The position numbers were made by a program, and so were the translations under genes. This document shows positions 1-8,280 of a stretch of 37,454 nt of DNA, in pieces. Source of the stretch: a virus. Its lineage: Duplodnaviria; Caudoviricetes. Where the stretch lies: positions 1-37,454 of IMG/VR virus record IMGVR_UViG_3300020043_002031. One strand, written 5' to 3'. Below the pieces are notes generated by a model. That model was not told the origin of the DNA. It did no database searches and worked only from the letters and a program-made list of their open reading frames with translations. Position 1 is the first letter of the stretch. Every line of letters starts with the position of its first letter.

Positions 1-2
1 CC

Positions 3-626
3 AACGTAGCCGTATCTGTTTTCAACGCTGCATATACTAATGGTAACGTAAACCCAACTTTTTCTGGAAACGGAACAGATGGGGTTCTGCTATGGGGCGG
101 ACAAATTGAAGCAGGAGCCTACGCCACCTCGTACATCCCCACATTGGGAACGAGCGTTACAAGGGTTGCGGATGCTGCTTTCAAAACTTCAGCTACTGCT
201 TTGATTGGGCAGACGGAGGGTACTTTGTTTGCGGAGATTGAGGTGATTAATACAATGGATAACATTGGAATATGGATGCGCCAAAGCGGTAGCCTATACA
301 ATAACATTATTTTAATGTTTATTGATGGCAGTAGGAATTCAAGACTGCAAATAATTAACGGAGGCTTAAGTCAAGTGGATATTTTTGGCCCCGTAGTTAC
401 GACTGGGTTTCATAAGATTGCCGCTGCTTACAAAGCCAACGACTTTGTTTTATACGTTGATGGTGTGCAAGTTGGTGTAGTTAATAGCGGCTCGGTTCCT
501 ACTTGCAATGAAATTTATATTGACAACTACATTGATGCGAACGCCCGCAACTCTACAAAAAAGCAAGCCCTACTTTTCAAGACCCGTTTAACTAACGAAT
601 CGCTTGCGGCCCTCACCAGCTTGTAA
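3..626 (+). CDS. C-terminal part of a phage tail fibre / LamG (concanavalin-like) domain protein; partial, begins before the window
   Basis: The frame is open from position 3. It contains WGGQIEAGAYATSYIPT..TSVTRVAD and HKIAAAYKANDFVLYVDG, motifs typical of phage LamG-type fibre proteins. Confidence 0.75.
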   Translation, partial: NVAVSVFNAAYTNGNVNPTFSGNGTDGVLLWGGQIEAGAYATSYIPTLGTSVTRVADAAFKTSATALIGQTEGTLFAEIEVINTMDNIGIWMRQSGSLYNNIILMFIDGSRNSRLQIINGGLSQVDIFGPVVTTGFHKIAAAYKANDFVLYVDGVQVGVVNSGSVPTCNEIYIDNYIDANARNSTKKQALLFKTRLTNESLAALTSL

Positions 627-627
627 G

Positions 628-1221
628 ATGCCAGTAGTTTATCTCCATAGGAAACCAGTGGATGGCTCTATCTTCTACGTCGGGATCGGCAATAAGGAGA
701 GACGAGCCTATCACTTCCGTGGTCGTAATGCTCATTGGACAAATACTTACAAGAAGTACGGAGCAGATGTTGAGATTGTAGCTAACGTAGCAACAAGAGA
801 ACTTGCTAACGAACTTGAAGAATTCTTGATTGAGGAGATTGGCATCCAGAATCTTTGCAACAAAACCTTAGGTGGTGATGGATTCAAAGGAGAACATTCT
901 GAAGAATCAAGGGTTAAGATGAGCAAATCCCAAATGGGTATTTGGAAAGGTAAGAAGCGTAGCGAACACTTTTGTCAAAGAGCTAAAGAAGCTAAAAAGG
1001 GTTACCGGCCACATCCTTCTTCTTGGGAGAACGCAGCTAAACTGAAAAAGGAAAAAGCAATTCTAATCAAGGAGCTTACCACTGGTTTCATCGGAAAGAT
1101 ATGGGAGATAGAACAGCATTTCTCTATTGACCGAAGGGCAGTATATGCAAACTACAAACACAACAACCCAATCACTAAATACACTTGGGAAGGACTTAAC
1201 TTTGTAAAACACTTAGACTAA
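628..1221 (+). CDS. Free-standing GIY-YIG-type homing endonuclease with NUMOD3-like DNA-binding motifs
   Basis: ATG at 628. N-terminus VYLHRK..GSIFYVGIG...RRAY with downstream E and N (LEEFLI, LCNKTLGGDG), then HSEESRVKMSKSQMG and KRSEHFCQRAKEAKKG repeats. Confidence 0.75.
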   Translation: MPVVYLHRKPVDGSIFYVGIGNKERRAYHFRGRNAHWTNTYKKYGADVEIVANVATRELANELEEFLIEEIGIQNLCNKTLGGDGFKGEHSEESRVKMSKSQMGIWKGKKRSEHFCQRAKEAKKGYRPHPSSWENAAKLKKEKAILIKELTTGFIGKIWEIEQHFSIDRRAVYANYKHNNPITKYTWEGLNFVKHLD

Positions 1222-1227
1222 TCTACT

Positions 1228-1617
1228 ATGACATTCCGCAAGTATCAATTTGTCCCATCACAATGGGAAACGTTAAAAGCTCAGATTGAGCAAACGACTG
1301 AATCACCAGATGGTGGAGAGACTACTTCTTGGAACAGCAGCATTGTTACTGCTGTTGTGGAGCTTGGCTTCTTATGTGAGAAGTGGGGAACTGACGAGGA
1401 AGGTATGCCTGTATGTGAGGTAACATCTCCGCTATATGCAGTTGACATCCTTTGGGCTGGCGAGCCTCTTGCTAGCTTTGTTTCATCAACGGTCTGGCCG
1501 ATCCCCGACGGCGTACATATCATAGCTGGATGGGAGCAGGCTTATGCTACTGACTACTGTGTGGCAAATCCTTCAGCTGCATATTGCCAGCCTCCGGCTC
1601 TACCCGTAGAGAAGTAA
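1228..1617 (+). CDS. Hypothetical phage protein (129 aa), probably tail-fibre associated
   Basis: ATG with A/C-rich leader, followed by a terminator; lies between fibre genes. Confidence 0.7.
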   Translation: MTFRKYQFVPSQWETLKAQIEQTTESPDGGETTSWNSSIVTAVVELGFLCEKWGTDEEGMPVCEVTSPLYAVDILWAGEPLASFVSSTVWPIPDGVHIIAGWEQAYATDYCVANPSAAYCQPPALPVEK

Positions 1618-1637
1618 TCCACAGCACATAACCACAT

Positions 1638-1668
1638 AGAGGGGGCCATAGAGCCCCCTTTTGTTTTT
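1638..1668 (+). terminator. Rho-independent terminator
   Basis: AGAGGGGGC-CATAGA-GCCCCCTTTT stem-loop followed by a T-rich tract, 20 nt after a stop codon. Confidence 0.8.
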
Positions 1669-1669
1669 G

Positions 1670-1677
1670 TACCTTTG
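1670..1677 (+). promoter_or_regulatory. Bacteroidota sigma70 -7 promoter box (TACCTTTG)
   Basis: Matches TAnnTTTG; intergenic, after a terminator and 19 nt before the tail fibre ATG. Confidence 0.65.
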
Positions 1678-1696
1678 TGTAGACGTATATTAACTT

Positions 1697-4600
1697 ATGG
1701 CGAATCAGGTAGACTTTAAGATTGCACCGAGCGATCAATTCAGCGTATACAGCCCATCTACTCGTAGTGAGAAGACGATTACGTACTTTACGCTGCTCTC
1801 TAAGCTTCGTGGCGATATCTTAGCCATAGGGCAAGATGACGACCCCAACGATATCGTCTCAGCATACTACAGCAATGTTGGCGGTACACAAACTCTACAC
1901 CTTGTAAAGGCTGATGGGTCAGAGATAACGGCGTCACAGTCTGAACAGGTGATATCTGGTACGTTAAACTACGTATCTAAGTTCACATCTTCAAACGACA
2001 TTGGCGACTCGCAAATCTTTGACGACGGAACCAACGTAGGCATTGGCACCACCTCAATGACACACAAGCTTCAGCTTGGAACGGGAGGTGTATTTGCAGA
2101 CTACTTCCAACTAGACACTACATACTCCAACGGTTTTGTTGTAGGAGCAATTAGCTGGGATCAAGACAACGGGACAGCAGACGTAGGATTGAGCGGGAGC
2201 CTTAAGCTAAAGATTGGTCAAGACGACGTATGGTATGTAAAGAACCAAACTGGTTCTCCAATCACCAAAGGGACACCTGTATATGCTAATGGAACGCTTG
2301 GCGCTTCAGGTCGCATAACGATTGCTCCGATGATTGCAGACGGAACAATTCTAGCTCGCTTCTTTCTTGGTATTGTAGCAGAAACGATTGCTAACGGAGC
2401 AGATGGATACGTACTCGCAAAAGGTAAGTTGCGTCAAATAAACACAAATGCTTACAACGAAGGTGACGTTCTTTGGGTGAGCCCCACAACAGCAGGAACT
2501 CTTACGAATGTAGAACCTACGGCTCCAAATCTAAAGCTACCCGTAGCTTTTGTTGTCTACAAAGCGAGCAATGGTATCCTTGCTGTTCGTGCAACAATTG
2601 GTCAACGCATTGAGGATGCGTCAGACGTTAACTATGCCGGAGCTGCAGACAACAGCTTCCTTGTGTACGATCTCGCCACCGGAGTTTGGGTTGATGAAAC
2701 TGTAGGCATCTTCAAGACTATTGCTGTTTCCGGTCAGAGTGACGTAGTTGCTGACACCTACATTGACACGCTTACCCTTGTTGCTGGAACCAATGTAACG
2801 ATCACTACAAACGCTGGTACAGATACCATTACCATCAATTCTACTGATCAGTTTGTTGGAACGGTGACTAGTGTTGATATGAGTGTACCTACTGGGTTCG
2901 CTATTTCTGGAAATCCAATTACTACAAGTGGAACTCTTGCTTTAGCTTTTGCTAGTGGATACTCACTACCAACGAATGCCACTCAAGCCAACTGGACAAC
3001 AGCATACAATGACAGCATCACTGCGTTCTCGTACAACACATCTACTGGTATACTCACGTTGACTCAGCAGGACGCTGGAACTCTAACAGCAACTGTTACG
3101 CTTCAGCCGTTTACTACGGACAACCTGACCCAAGGATCTACCAATCTCTACGACAAAGTTGTATCTCTTACTGGAGCAGGAACTACTGTTGTAACTGGAA
3201 CATATCCAAGCTTTACAATTACATCTAATGACCAGCACGTAGGTACTGTTACTTCAATAGCCACCACTGCCCCGATTACTGGAGGCACCATTACGACTAC
3301 TGGGACGATTGGAATTACCCAATCTGGTGCTTCATCTGACGGATACTTAAGTTCTACGGATTGGAATACATTTAACGGAAAGGCTGGAAGTTCGTTTACC
3401 ACCATTGCAGTATCTGGACAGTCAGACATTGTTGCAGACTCTGCTAGTGATACGTTAACTATTTCGGCAGGCACCGGAATAATGCTTACAACCGCAGCAC
3501 TAACTGACACCCTCACGATTACCAACAGCGCACCAGATCAGGTTGTTTCTTTGACGGGAGCTGGCACCACTGTTGTAACTGGCACATACCCGAGCTTCAC
3601 CATCACATCTAACGATCAATATGATGGCACAGTTACTAGTGTTGCCGCCCTTACGCTTGGCACTACAGGTACTGACTTAAGCAGTACGGTTGCTAATGGT
3701 AGTACTACGCCAGTCATCACATTAAATGTCCCAACAGCTTCTGCAACAAATCGTGGAGCGCTGTCTTCTACCGACTGGACTACATTTAACAGCAAGCAAA
3801 ATGCTATTACGCTAACCACTACTGGTAACTCTGGTGCTGCAACATTTGTATCTAGTACTTTAAACATACCAGAGTACACACTTACTGGCCTCGGTGGGGT
3901 TCCCACAACAAGAACACTTTCGATCAACGGAACATCATATGACCTCAGTGCAAACAGGACTTGGAGTGTTGGAACGGTAACAAGCATTAATTTGACTGCC
4001 GGAGATAGGATTGAGGTTAGTGGTGGCCCTATTACGTCTAGTGGCTCTATAACGGTAACTCACGGAACAGCAACTGGTGCTGACTTCACAACAGCTGAAG
4101 CATTTAGAGATAGGGTTATTGCTGATGGAGGAATCTTTGAGGCGCTTGGTGAGGTTGCTATTGCAATCGGTAGTCTTGAGGATGCAGCATCTCCTACATC
4201 AACTGACTATAGCGATGGTTTCGTTTTACAGAATATTGCTGTTGACGAGTTTGGCCACGTATTGGGAGTTGGCGCTACAGACCTTGACGAACGTTATGCT
4301 CAGGTTGCATTTAAGAATGTTGCTGTTAGTGGTCAGGCAACGATTGTTGCTGATGCGATTGAAGACACGCTAAATATTGCGGCTGGGTATGGCGTTTCAA
4401 TTACCACGGACGACACCACTGACACTGTCACGATAGGATCACAGTTCATACCATATCCTGTGTATGCTGCGTCAATGTACCAAAGTGCTTTGACTACTCC
4501 ATTTGTAGTCACTTCAAGTTGGTCAGTAGTTAATATAGATGGAACAAACATTCAACTTTCTGCACCAGTCGATAGCGATGGCGTCTATACTGAGAACTTA

Positions 4601-4900
4601 GCTACCGTAATGATAAGCATTGAAAATCAGAAAGAGTCAGCAGATTTTGTTTGTGTTGGTATACGTTTATACAATCAAACTCAAGGCGCAATCATAACCG
4701 ATTCAACACACACTTGGACTGGTTATTTAAATTCATTAGGAAACGATTCTGCGAACACCATATTCACATACCACATACCAATTGAAGAGTATGTTGCTAC
4801 TGGTGACACTATTCGTGTACAAATGATTGATTTAAACGCTAACAGTCCAGAAGTAAACTTCGCGAGCTTCTCTCTGCTCGCTACATCTGGTCCAGTATAG
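1697..4900 (+). CDS. Tail fibre / virion structural protein built from repeated modules (1067 aa)
   Basis: Thr/Gly/Ser-rich, with GTVTS(V/I) repeats, three FxxIAVSGQ..VAD..DTL modules, two identical 26-aa repeats and LSSTDWxTFNxK motifs. Confidence 0.8.
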   Translation: MANQVDFKIAPSDQFSVYSPSTRSEKTITYFTLLSKLRGDILAIGQDDDPNDIVSAYYSNVGGTQTLHLVKADGSEITASQSEQVISGTLNYVSKFTSSNDIGDSQIFDDGTNVGIGTTSMTHKLQLGTGGVFADYFQLDTTYSNGFVVGAISWDQDNGTADVGLSGSLKLKIGQDDVWYVKNQTGSPITKGTPVYANGTLGASGRITIAPMIADGTILARFFLGIVAETIANGADGYVLAKGKLRQINTNAYNEGDVLWVSPTTAGTLTNVEPTAPNLKLPVAFVVYKASNGILAVRATIGQRIEDASDVNYAGAADNSFLVYDLATGVWVDETVGIFKTIAVSGQSDVVADTYIDTLTLVAGTNVTITTNAGTDTITINSTDQFVGTVTSVDMSVPTGFAISGNPITTSGTLALAFASGYSLPTNATQANWTTAYNDSITAFSYNTSTGILTLTQQDAGTLTATVTLQPFTTDNLTQGSTNLYDKVVSLTGAGTTVVTGTYPSFTITSNDQHVGTVTSIATTAPITGGTITTTGTIGITQSGASSDGYLSSTDWNTFNGKAGSSFTTIAVSGQSDIVADSASDTLTISAGTGIMLTTAALTDTLTITNSAPDQVVSLTGAGTTVVTGTYPSFTITSNDQYDGTVTSVAALTLGTTGTDLSSTVANGSTTPVITLNVPTASATNRGALSSTDWTTFNSKQNAITLTTTGNSGAATFVSSTLNIPEYTLTGLGGVPTTRTLSINGTSYDLSANRTWSVGTVTSINLTAGDRIEVSGGPITSSGSITVTHGTATGADFTTAEAFRDRVIADGGIFEALGEVAIAIGSLEDAASPTSTDYSDGFVLQNIAVDEFGHVLGVGATDLDERYAQVAFKNVAVSGQATIVADAIEDTLNIAAGYGVSITTDDTTDTVTIGSQFIPYPVYAASMYQSALTTPFVVTSSWSVVNIDGTNIQLSAPVDSDGVYTENLATVMISIENQKESADFVCVGIRLYNQTQGAIITDSTHTWTGYLNSLGNDSANTIFTYHIPIEEYVATGDTIRVQMIDLNANSPEVNFASFSLLATSGPV
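3158..3619 (+). repeat. Intragenic 78-nt repeat pair (3158-3235 and 3542-3619) encoding identical VVSLTGAGTTVVTGTYPSFTITSNDQ
   Basis: Manual alignment gives 16 nucleotide differences, all synonymous. Confidence 0.9.
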
Positions 4901-4908
4901 TATATTTG
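4901..4908 (+). promoter_or_regulatory. Bacteroidota -7 promoter box (TATATTTG)
   Basis: TAnnTTTG immediately after the fibre stop codon and 17 nt before the ATG at 4926. Confidence 0.6.
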
Positions 4909-4925
4909 CATAAATAATTTAATCT

Positions 4926-5177
4926 ATGTCACAAGTAAACAAAGAGTTCTTAGAGAACATCAAGCAACTCCAGTCACTAATGGAGTCCATTAAGACAGAG
5001 CTTGGAACCATCGCACTTATCGAATCCCGCAAGGCTAAGCTTATCGCTTCCTACGAAGAGGCTGAGTCTTCAATGAAGGACGTACGTGCAAAAATCTACG
5101 ATAAGTACGGCGACGGCACTATCGATCTCGCCACTGGTGAGTTTACGCCATCGACTAGTGCTGAGGTGATTGAGTAG
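4926..5177 (+). CDS. Small coiled-coil phage protein (83 aa), possible fibre chaperone
   Basis: Helical heptad pattern ending in KYGDGTIDLATGEF, a common phage small-protein motif; has its own promoter box and terminator. Confidence 0.7.
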   Translation: MSQVNKEFLENIKQLQSLMESIKTELGTIALIESRKAKLIASYEEAESSMKDVRAKIYDKYGDGTIDLATGEFTPSTSAEVIE

Positions 5178-5203
5178 TCAGCAGCCATACATATAGTGCA
5201 GAT

Positions 5204-5231
5204 GGGGTCCTAAAATGGGCCCTTTCTTTTT
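5204..5231 (+). terminator. Rho-independent terminator
   Basis: GGGGTCC-TAAAAT-GGGCCCT stem-loop followed by TTCTTTTT. Confidence 0.65.
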
Positions 5232-5235
5232 GCCA

Positions 5236-5243
5236 TAAATTTG
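5236..5243 (+). promoter_or_regulatory. Bacteroidota -7 promoter box (TAAATTTG)
   Basis: TAnnTTTG after a terminator and upstream of the membrane-protein cluster. Confidence 0.65.
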
Positions 5244-5271
5244 CACCAGTTGAAACCCATTTAGTTGACAA

Positions 5272-5526
5272 GTGAAAATCTTTACCTACATAAAAGGCAA
5301 ACTTATGGGCTTCGCCTCTATCTTTAAGGACGACAACAGTTGGAACGAAAAGACCATCATTGGTTTCTTCTCTTTTGCTGTTATGGTAATCGTGATGATT
5401 GCAGACGTTGTATCTGGACTTATGGGGAAAGATCTTGTCATCAACGAGTTCACATATAACTCTTTCGTTATAATTACGCTTGGGTCATTCGGAATCGCAG
5501 GACTTGAGAAGTTTGCCAAGAAATGA
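5272..5526 (+). CDS. Putative holin (two transmembrane segments); alternative ATG at 5305
   Basis: Hydrophobic stretches TIIGFFSFAVMVIVMIADVV and SFVIITLGSFGIAGL, with a basic C-terminus EKFAKK. Confidence 0.55.
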   Translation: MKIFTYIKGKLMGFASIFKDDNSWNEKTIIGFFSFAVMVIVMIADVVSGLMGKDLVINEFTYNSFVIITLGSFGIAGLEKFAKK

Positions 5527-5774
5527 AGCTACCTGTATCTTTCGATCAGTTCCAGAAGAACCCAGTTGCCGCTATTGCGTTTATTGCGCTTGTCGCAATA
5601 GGTTATCTTTATGTGGACCAGAAGATGACGTCAGAAACAATTGACGACCGATGCCAAACTCGTGTCAACGAGCTAGAGGTAAAGGTTGACAAGTACACGG
5701 AACACATCCGTAAACTCGACTCAGCTTTGGCCTACACAAGTGCTAAGAACGAAATGCTTATCCAGACACGATGA
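5523..5774 (+). CDS. Membrane-anchored coiled-coil protein (lysis-cluster candidate)
   Basis: One TM segment (VAAIAFIALVAIGYLYV) followed by a coiled coil; ATGA overlap with both neighbours. Confidence 0.65.
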   Translation: MKLPVSFDQFQKNPVAAIAFIALVAIGYLYVDQKMTSETIDDRCQTRVNELEVKVDKYTEHIRKLDSALAYTSAKNEMLIQTR

Positions 5775-6115
5775 AAAACATAACTCTCCTCCTGATTACT
5801 GGTATTGCTGTTGGCGCTGTTTTAGCCGACCAGAAAAAGCAGAACGTTCAGGCTGACCCCATCGACATCATCATCGAGAAGTCAAAGAAGACAATGCGTA
5901 AGGCAAGTGCTGTTTCAGCTATGGCAGACAAACAAGTATCCGAGAGCGTAAGCAAGATGAAGCAAGTCATCGAGGTACTGGAAGAGCAAAACGAGCAGCT
6001 CGTTGAACAAGTTAAAGTAATGGAAGATGAGATTGTTGCTATTAAGTCTGAGCCTGCTGCTCAGCCTTTCGATGTACTCGCAATCCTACCCGATTCAACG
6101 GGTGGAGGGAAGTGA
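5771..6115 (+). CDS. Secreted or membrane-anchored coiled-coil protein (i-spanin-like candidate)
   Basis: N-terminal hydrophobic segment and a long amphipathic helix. Confidence 0.55.
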   Translation: MKNITLLLITGIAVGAVLADQKKQNVQADPIDIIIEKSKKTMRKASAVSAMADKQVSESVSKMKQVIEVLEEQNEQLVEQVKVMEDEIVAIKSEPAAQPFDVLAILPDSTGGGK

Positions 6116-6389
6116 TACAGTAGTCGTACTTAAGCTGTCTCAGGCTGCTGCAATGAACAGCAGATTCGTTAAGCTAAAGAAGGACATTGACTCTGTAAGC
6201 GTAGACTATCGTGGTATGAAGTCTGTTGCTGACTCTTTGGCTACGCAGAACGTAAGAACTACTGAGATGCTACGCAAAGCTCTTATGGAGCCTAAGGCTG
6301 CTGTAAGAAAGGTAAACGACCAATGGGTTGGTGGAATTGCCCTGTATATATGGGGTAGATTTGTATTCTTCGTATTATTTGAGCAGTGA
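6027..6389 (+). CDS. Protein with signal peptide and C-terminal TM segment, overlapping the previous gene
   Basis: Signal-like N-terminus MRLLLLSLSLLLSLSMYSQ and hydrophobic C-terminus; 89-nt out-of-frame overlap with 5771-6115. Confidence 0.55.
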   Translation: MRLLLLSLSLLLSLSMYSQSYPIQRVEGSDTVVVLKLSQAAAMNSRFVKLKKDIDSVSVDYRGMKSVADSLATQNVRTTEMLRKALMEPKAAVRKVNDQWVGGIALYIWGRFVFFVLFEQ

Positions 6390-6673
6390 TGGACAACCGA
6401 GTAAAGAATCTTCTAAAAAAGCACGGACTTGCAGGGGTCAACAAGGCAAAGGCAACACCTTCGCACCCTAAGAAGTCTCACATTGTTTTGGCTAAGGTTG
6501 GCGACAAGGTTCGCCTTATTCGCTTTGGAGAGAAGGGTGCAGATACTGTAACTGAAAGCAATCCATCTCCTGCTCGTGCTAAGAAGCGTGCAAGCTTCAA
6601 GGCTCGCCACGCAAAGAATATTGCTAAAGGTAAAATGAGCGCAGCTTATTGGGCTGACAAAGTAAAGTGGTAG
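6386..6673 (+). CDS. Small basic phage protein (95 aa)
   Basis: K/R-rich; RLIRFG...RASFKARH...KMSAAYWADKVKW is a recurrent phage motif. Confidence 0.75.
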   Translation: MMDNRVKNLLKKHGLAGVNKAKATPSHPKKSHIVLAKVGDKVRLIRFGEKGADTVTESNPSPARAKKRASFKARHAKNIAKGKMSAAYWADKVKW

Positions 6674-6676
6674 GCT

Positions 6677-7054
6677 GTGAAGGTTGCTAAGAAAACAAAC
6701 CCAGAACTTTGGGAGAAGTCTAAGGCCCAAGCCAAAGCTAAGATGGGTGGAAAGCATTCAGCAAGAGCTATGCAGCTTGCTGTTTCTCTTTATAAGAAGG
6801 CTGGCGGAGGATACTCTGGTGCAAAGAAGGCCACAAGCCTCAGCAAGTGGACCAAGCAGAACTGGCGTACAAAGAGTGGTAAGCCTTCTTCAGAAACAGG
6901 TGAACGCTACCTACCAGAAAAGGCCATAAAGTCCTTATCTTCAGCAGAATACGCTGCCACAACTAAGGCTAAGAGAGAAGGAACAGCTAAAGGAAAACAG
7001 TTCGTTTCGCAGCCCAAGAAGATTGCCGCTAAGGTCGCAAGATTCCGTAAGTAA
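6677..7054 (+). CDS. Small basic phage protein, DUF5872-like (125 aa)
   Basis: GTG start; motifs HSARAMQLAV..YKKAGGGY and LSKWTKQNWRTKSGKPSSETGERYLP. Confidence 0.7.
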   Translation: MKVAKKTNPELWEKSKAQAKAKMGGKHSARAMQLAVSLYKKAGGGYSGAKKATSLSKWTKQNWRTKSGKPSSETGERYLPEKAIKSLSSAEYAATTKAKREGTAKGKQFVSQPKKIAAKVARFRK

Positions 7055-7096
7055 CGCCACGTTAGTGGGTTATAAAATAGCATAAGTTATTTTATT

Positions 7097-7104
7097 TAAC
7101 TTTG
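7097..7104 (+). promoter_or_regulatory. Bacteroidota -7 promoter box (TAACTTTG) for the scaffold/capsid operon
   Basis: TAnnTTTG in an AT-rich intergenic gap 25 nt before the ATG at 7130. Confidence 0.65.
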
Positions 7105-7129
7105 CTACGTATAATTAAAATTTAATACT

Positions 7130-8266
7130 ATGTCAAAAGAAATGGAAGATGCTCTTGGAGCAATGGGATTTGAAGTCACTAGCGGGGAAGTACCCGAAGG
7201 AACACAACTCAGCGAACCTACGTTTGAAGTTCCTCAAGGCGCAGACGTTATTGACTTGTCGGGAGCGGCAGAGCCTACACCTGTAGCAGCTGAGCCCACG
7301 CCAGAGCCCGTAGCTACCATTGAGCCGCAAGCAAACCCTGAGTCGGGACAGACTCAAAGTTCTTTAACTAATAACGAACCCGAGCCAGAGATGAGCGAGG
7401 CGGAGTTCGAGGCAGCTGTTGCCCAATACGTGAGTGAAAGGCTTGGCGTATCGGTTGACAACCTTGATGCTCTTTCTCAGTTTATCGAAGCTCAAAAAAC
7501 CCCATCAATCGACGAAAGGGTAAAGGTCATTGCCGACTTCGTTGCTGAGACGGGTCGGGACCCGCTGGACTGGTTTAAGTATCAGTCAATCAATCCGTCT
7601 GAAATGGACGACCTGAATGCGGTGAAATTGCAAATGACAATTGAATACCCGAGCCTATCGCCCGAAGAAATCGGACTCTTGGTGGATGCTAAGTACAAAC
7701 TGGACTCTAGTATCTACTCGGACGATGAAGTAAAGCTGTCCAATATCCAATTGAAGCTTGATGCGGAAAAAGCTAAACAGGGCATTGAAAGTCTACGTCA
7801 GAATTTCAAAGCTCCCGTGAGGCAAGAAGTTCAGGAGGCTGACGTTGAAAGCCCGATTGACCAAGAGTGGATTTCCACGATGTCCAAAGAAGTAGATGAG
7901 CTTGAGGCACTAACATTCGATTTGAATGGCCAAGAGTTTAACTTCGGACTAACGGATGACTACAAGGGTCAATTGAAGCAGAAAAATGCTCAGCTAGACC
8001 AGTTCTTCGACCAGTACGTAGATGATGGCGGTCGCTGGAACTTCGAGTTGCTGAATGCACACAGAGCTGTATTAGACAACATTGACGAAATTGTCAAGTC
8101 TGTTTACACGCAGGGTCTGAGTGACGGACAGCGAAAGCTCGTTGATAAAGCCGCGAATGTAGATGTTTCATCTCCTCGTGTCGCCACTCCTCAAAGTACT
8201 GACAATGTCGCCCAACAGATTTATAACTATCTGTACGGTGACAACGGTCTCAAAATCAAAATCTAA
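7130..8266 (+). CDS. Putative capsid scaffolding protein
   Basis: Very acidic, with a disordered E/P-rich N-terminus and helical C-terminus; directly upstream of the major capsid gene. Confidence 0.65.
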   Translation: MSKEMEDALGAMGFEVTSGEVPEGTQLSEPTFEVPQGADVIDLSGAAEPTPVAAEPTPEPVATIEPQANPESGQTQSSLTNNEPEPEMSEAEFEAAVAQYVSERLGVSVDNLDALSQFIEAQKTPSIDERVKVIADFVAETGRDPLDWFKYQSINPSEMDDLNAVKLQMTIEYPSLSPEEIGLLVDAKYKLDSSIYSDDEVKLSNIQLKLDAEKAKQGIESLRQNFKAPVRQEVQEADVESPIDQEWISTMSKEVDELEALTFDLNGQEFNFGLTDDYKGQLKQKNAQLDQFFDQYVDDGGRWNFELLNAHRAVLDNIDEIVKSVYTQGLSDGQRKLVDKAANVDVSSPRVATPQSTDNVAQQIYNYLYGDNGLKIKI

Positions 8267-8280
8267 ATCCCTGACTTAAT

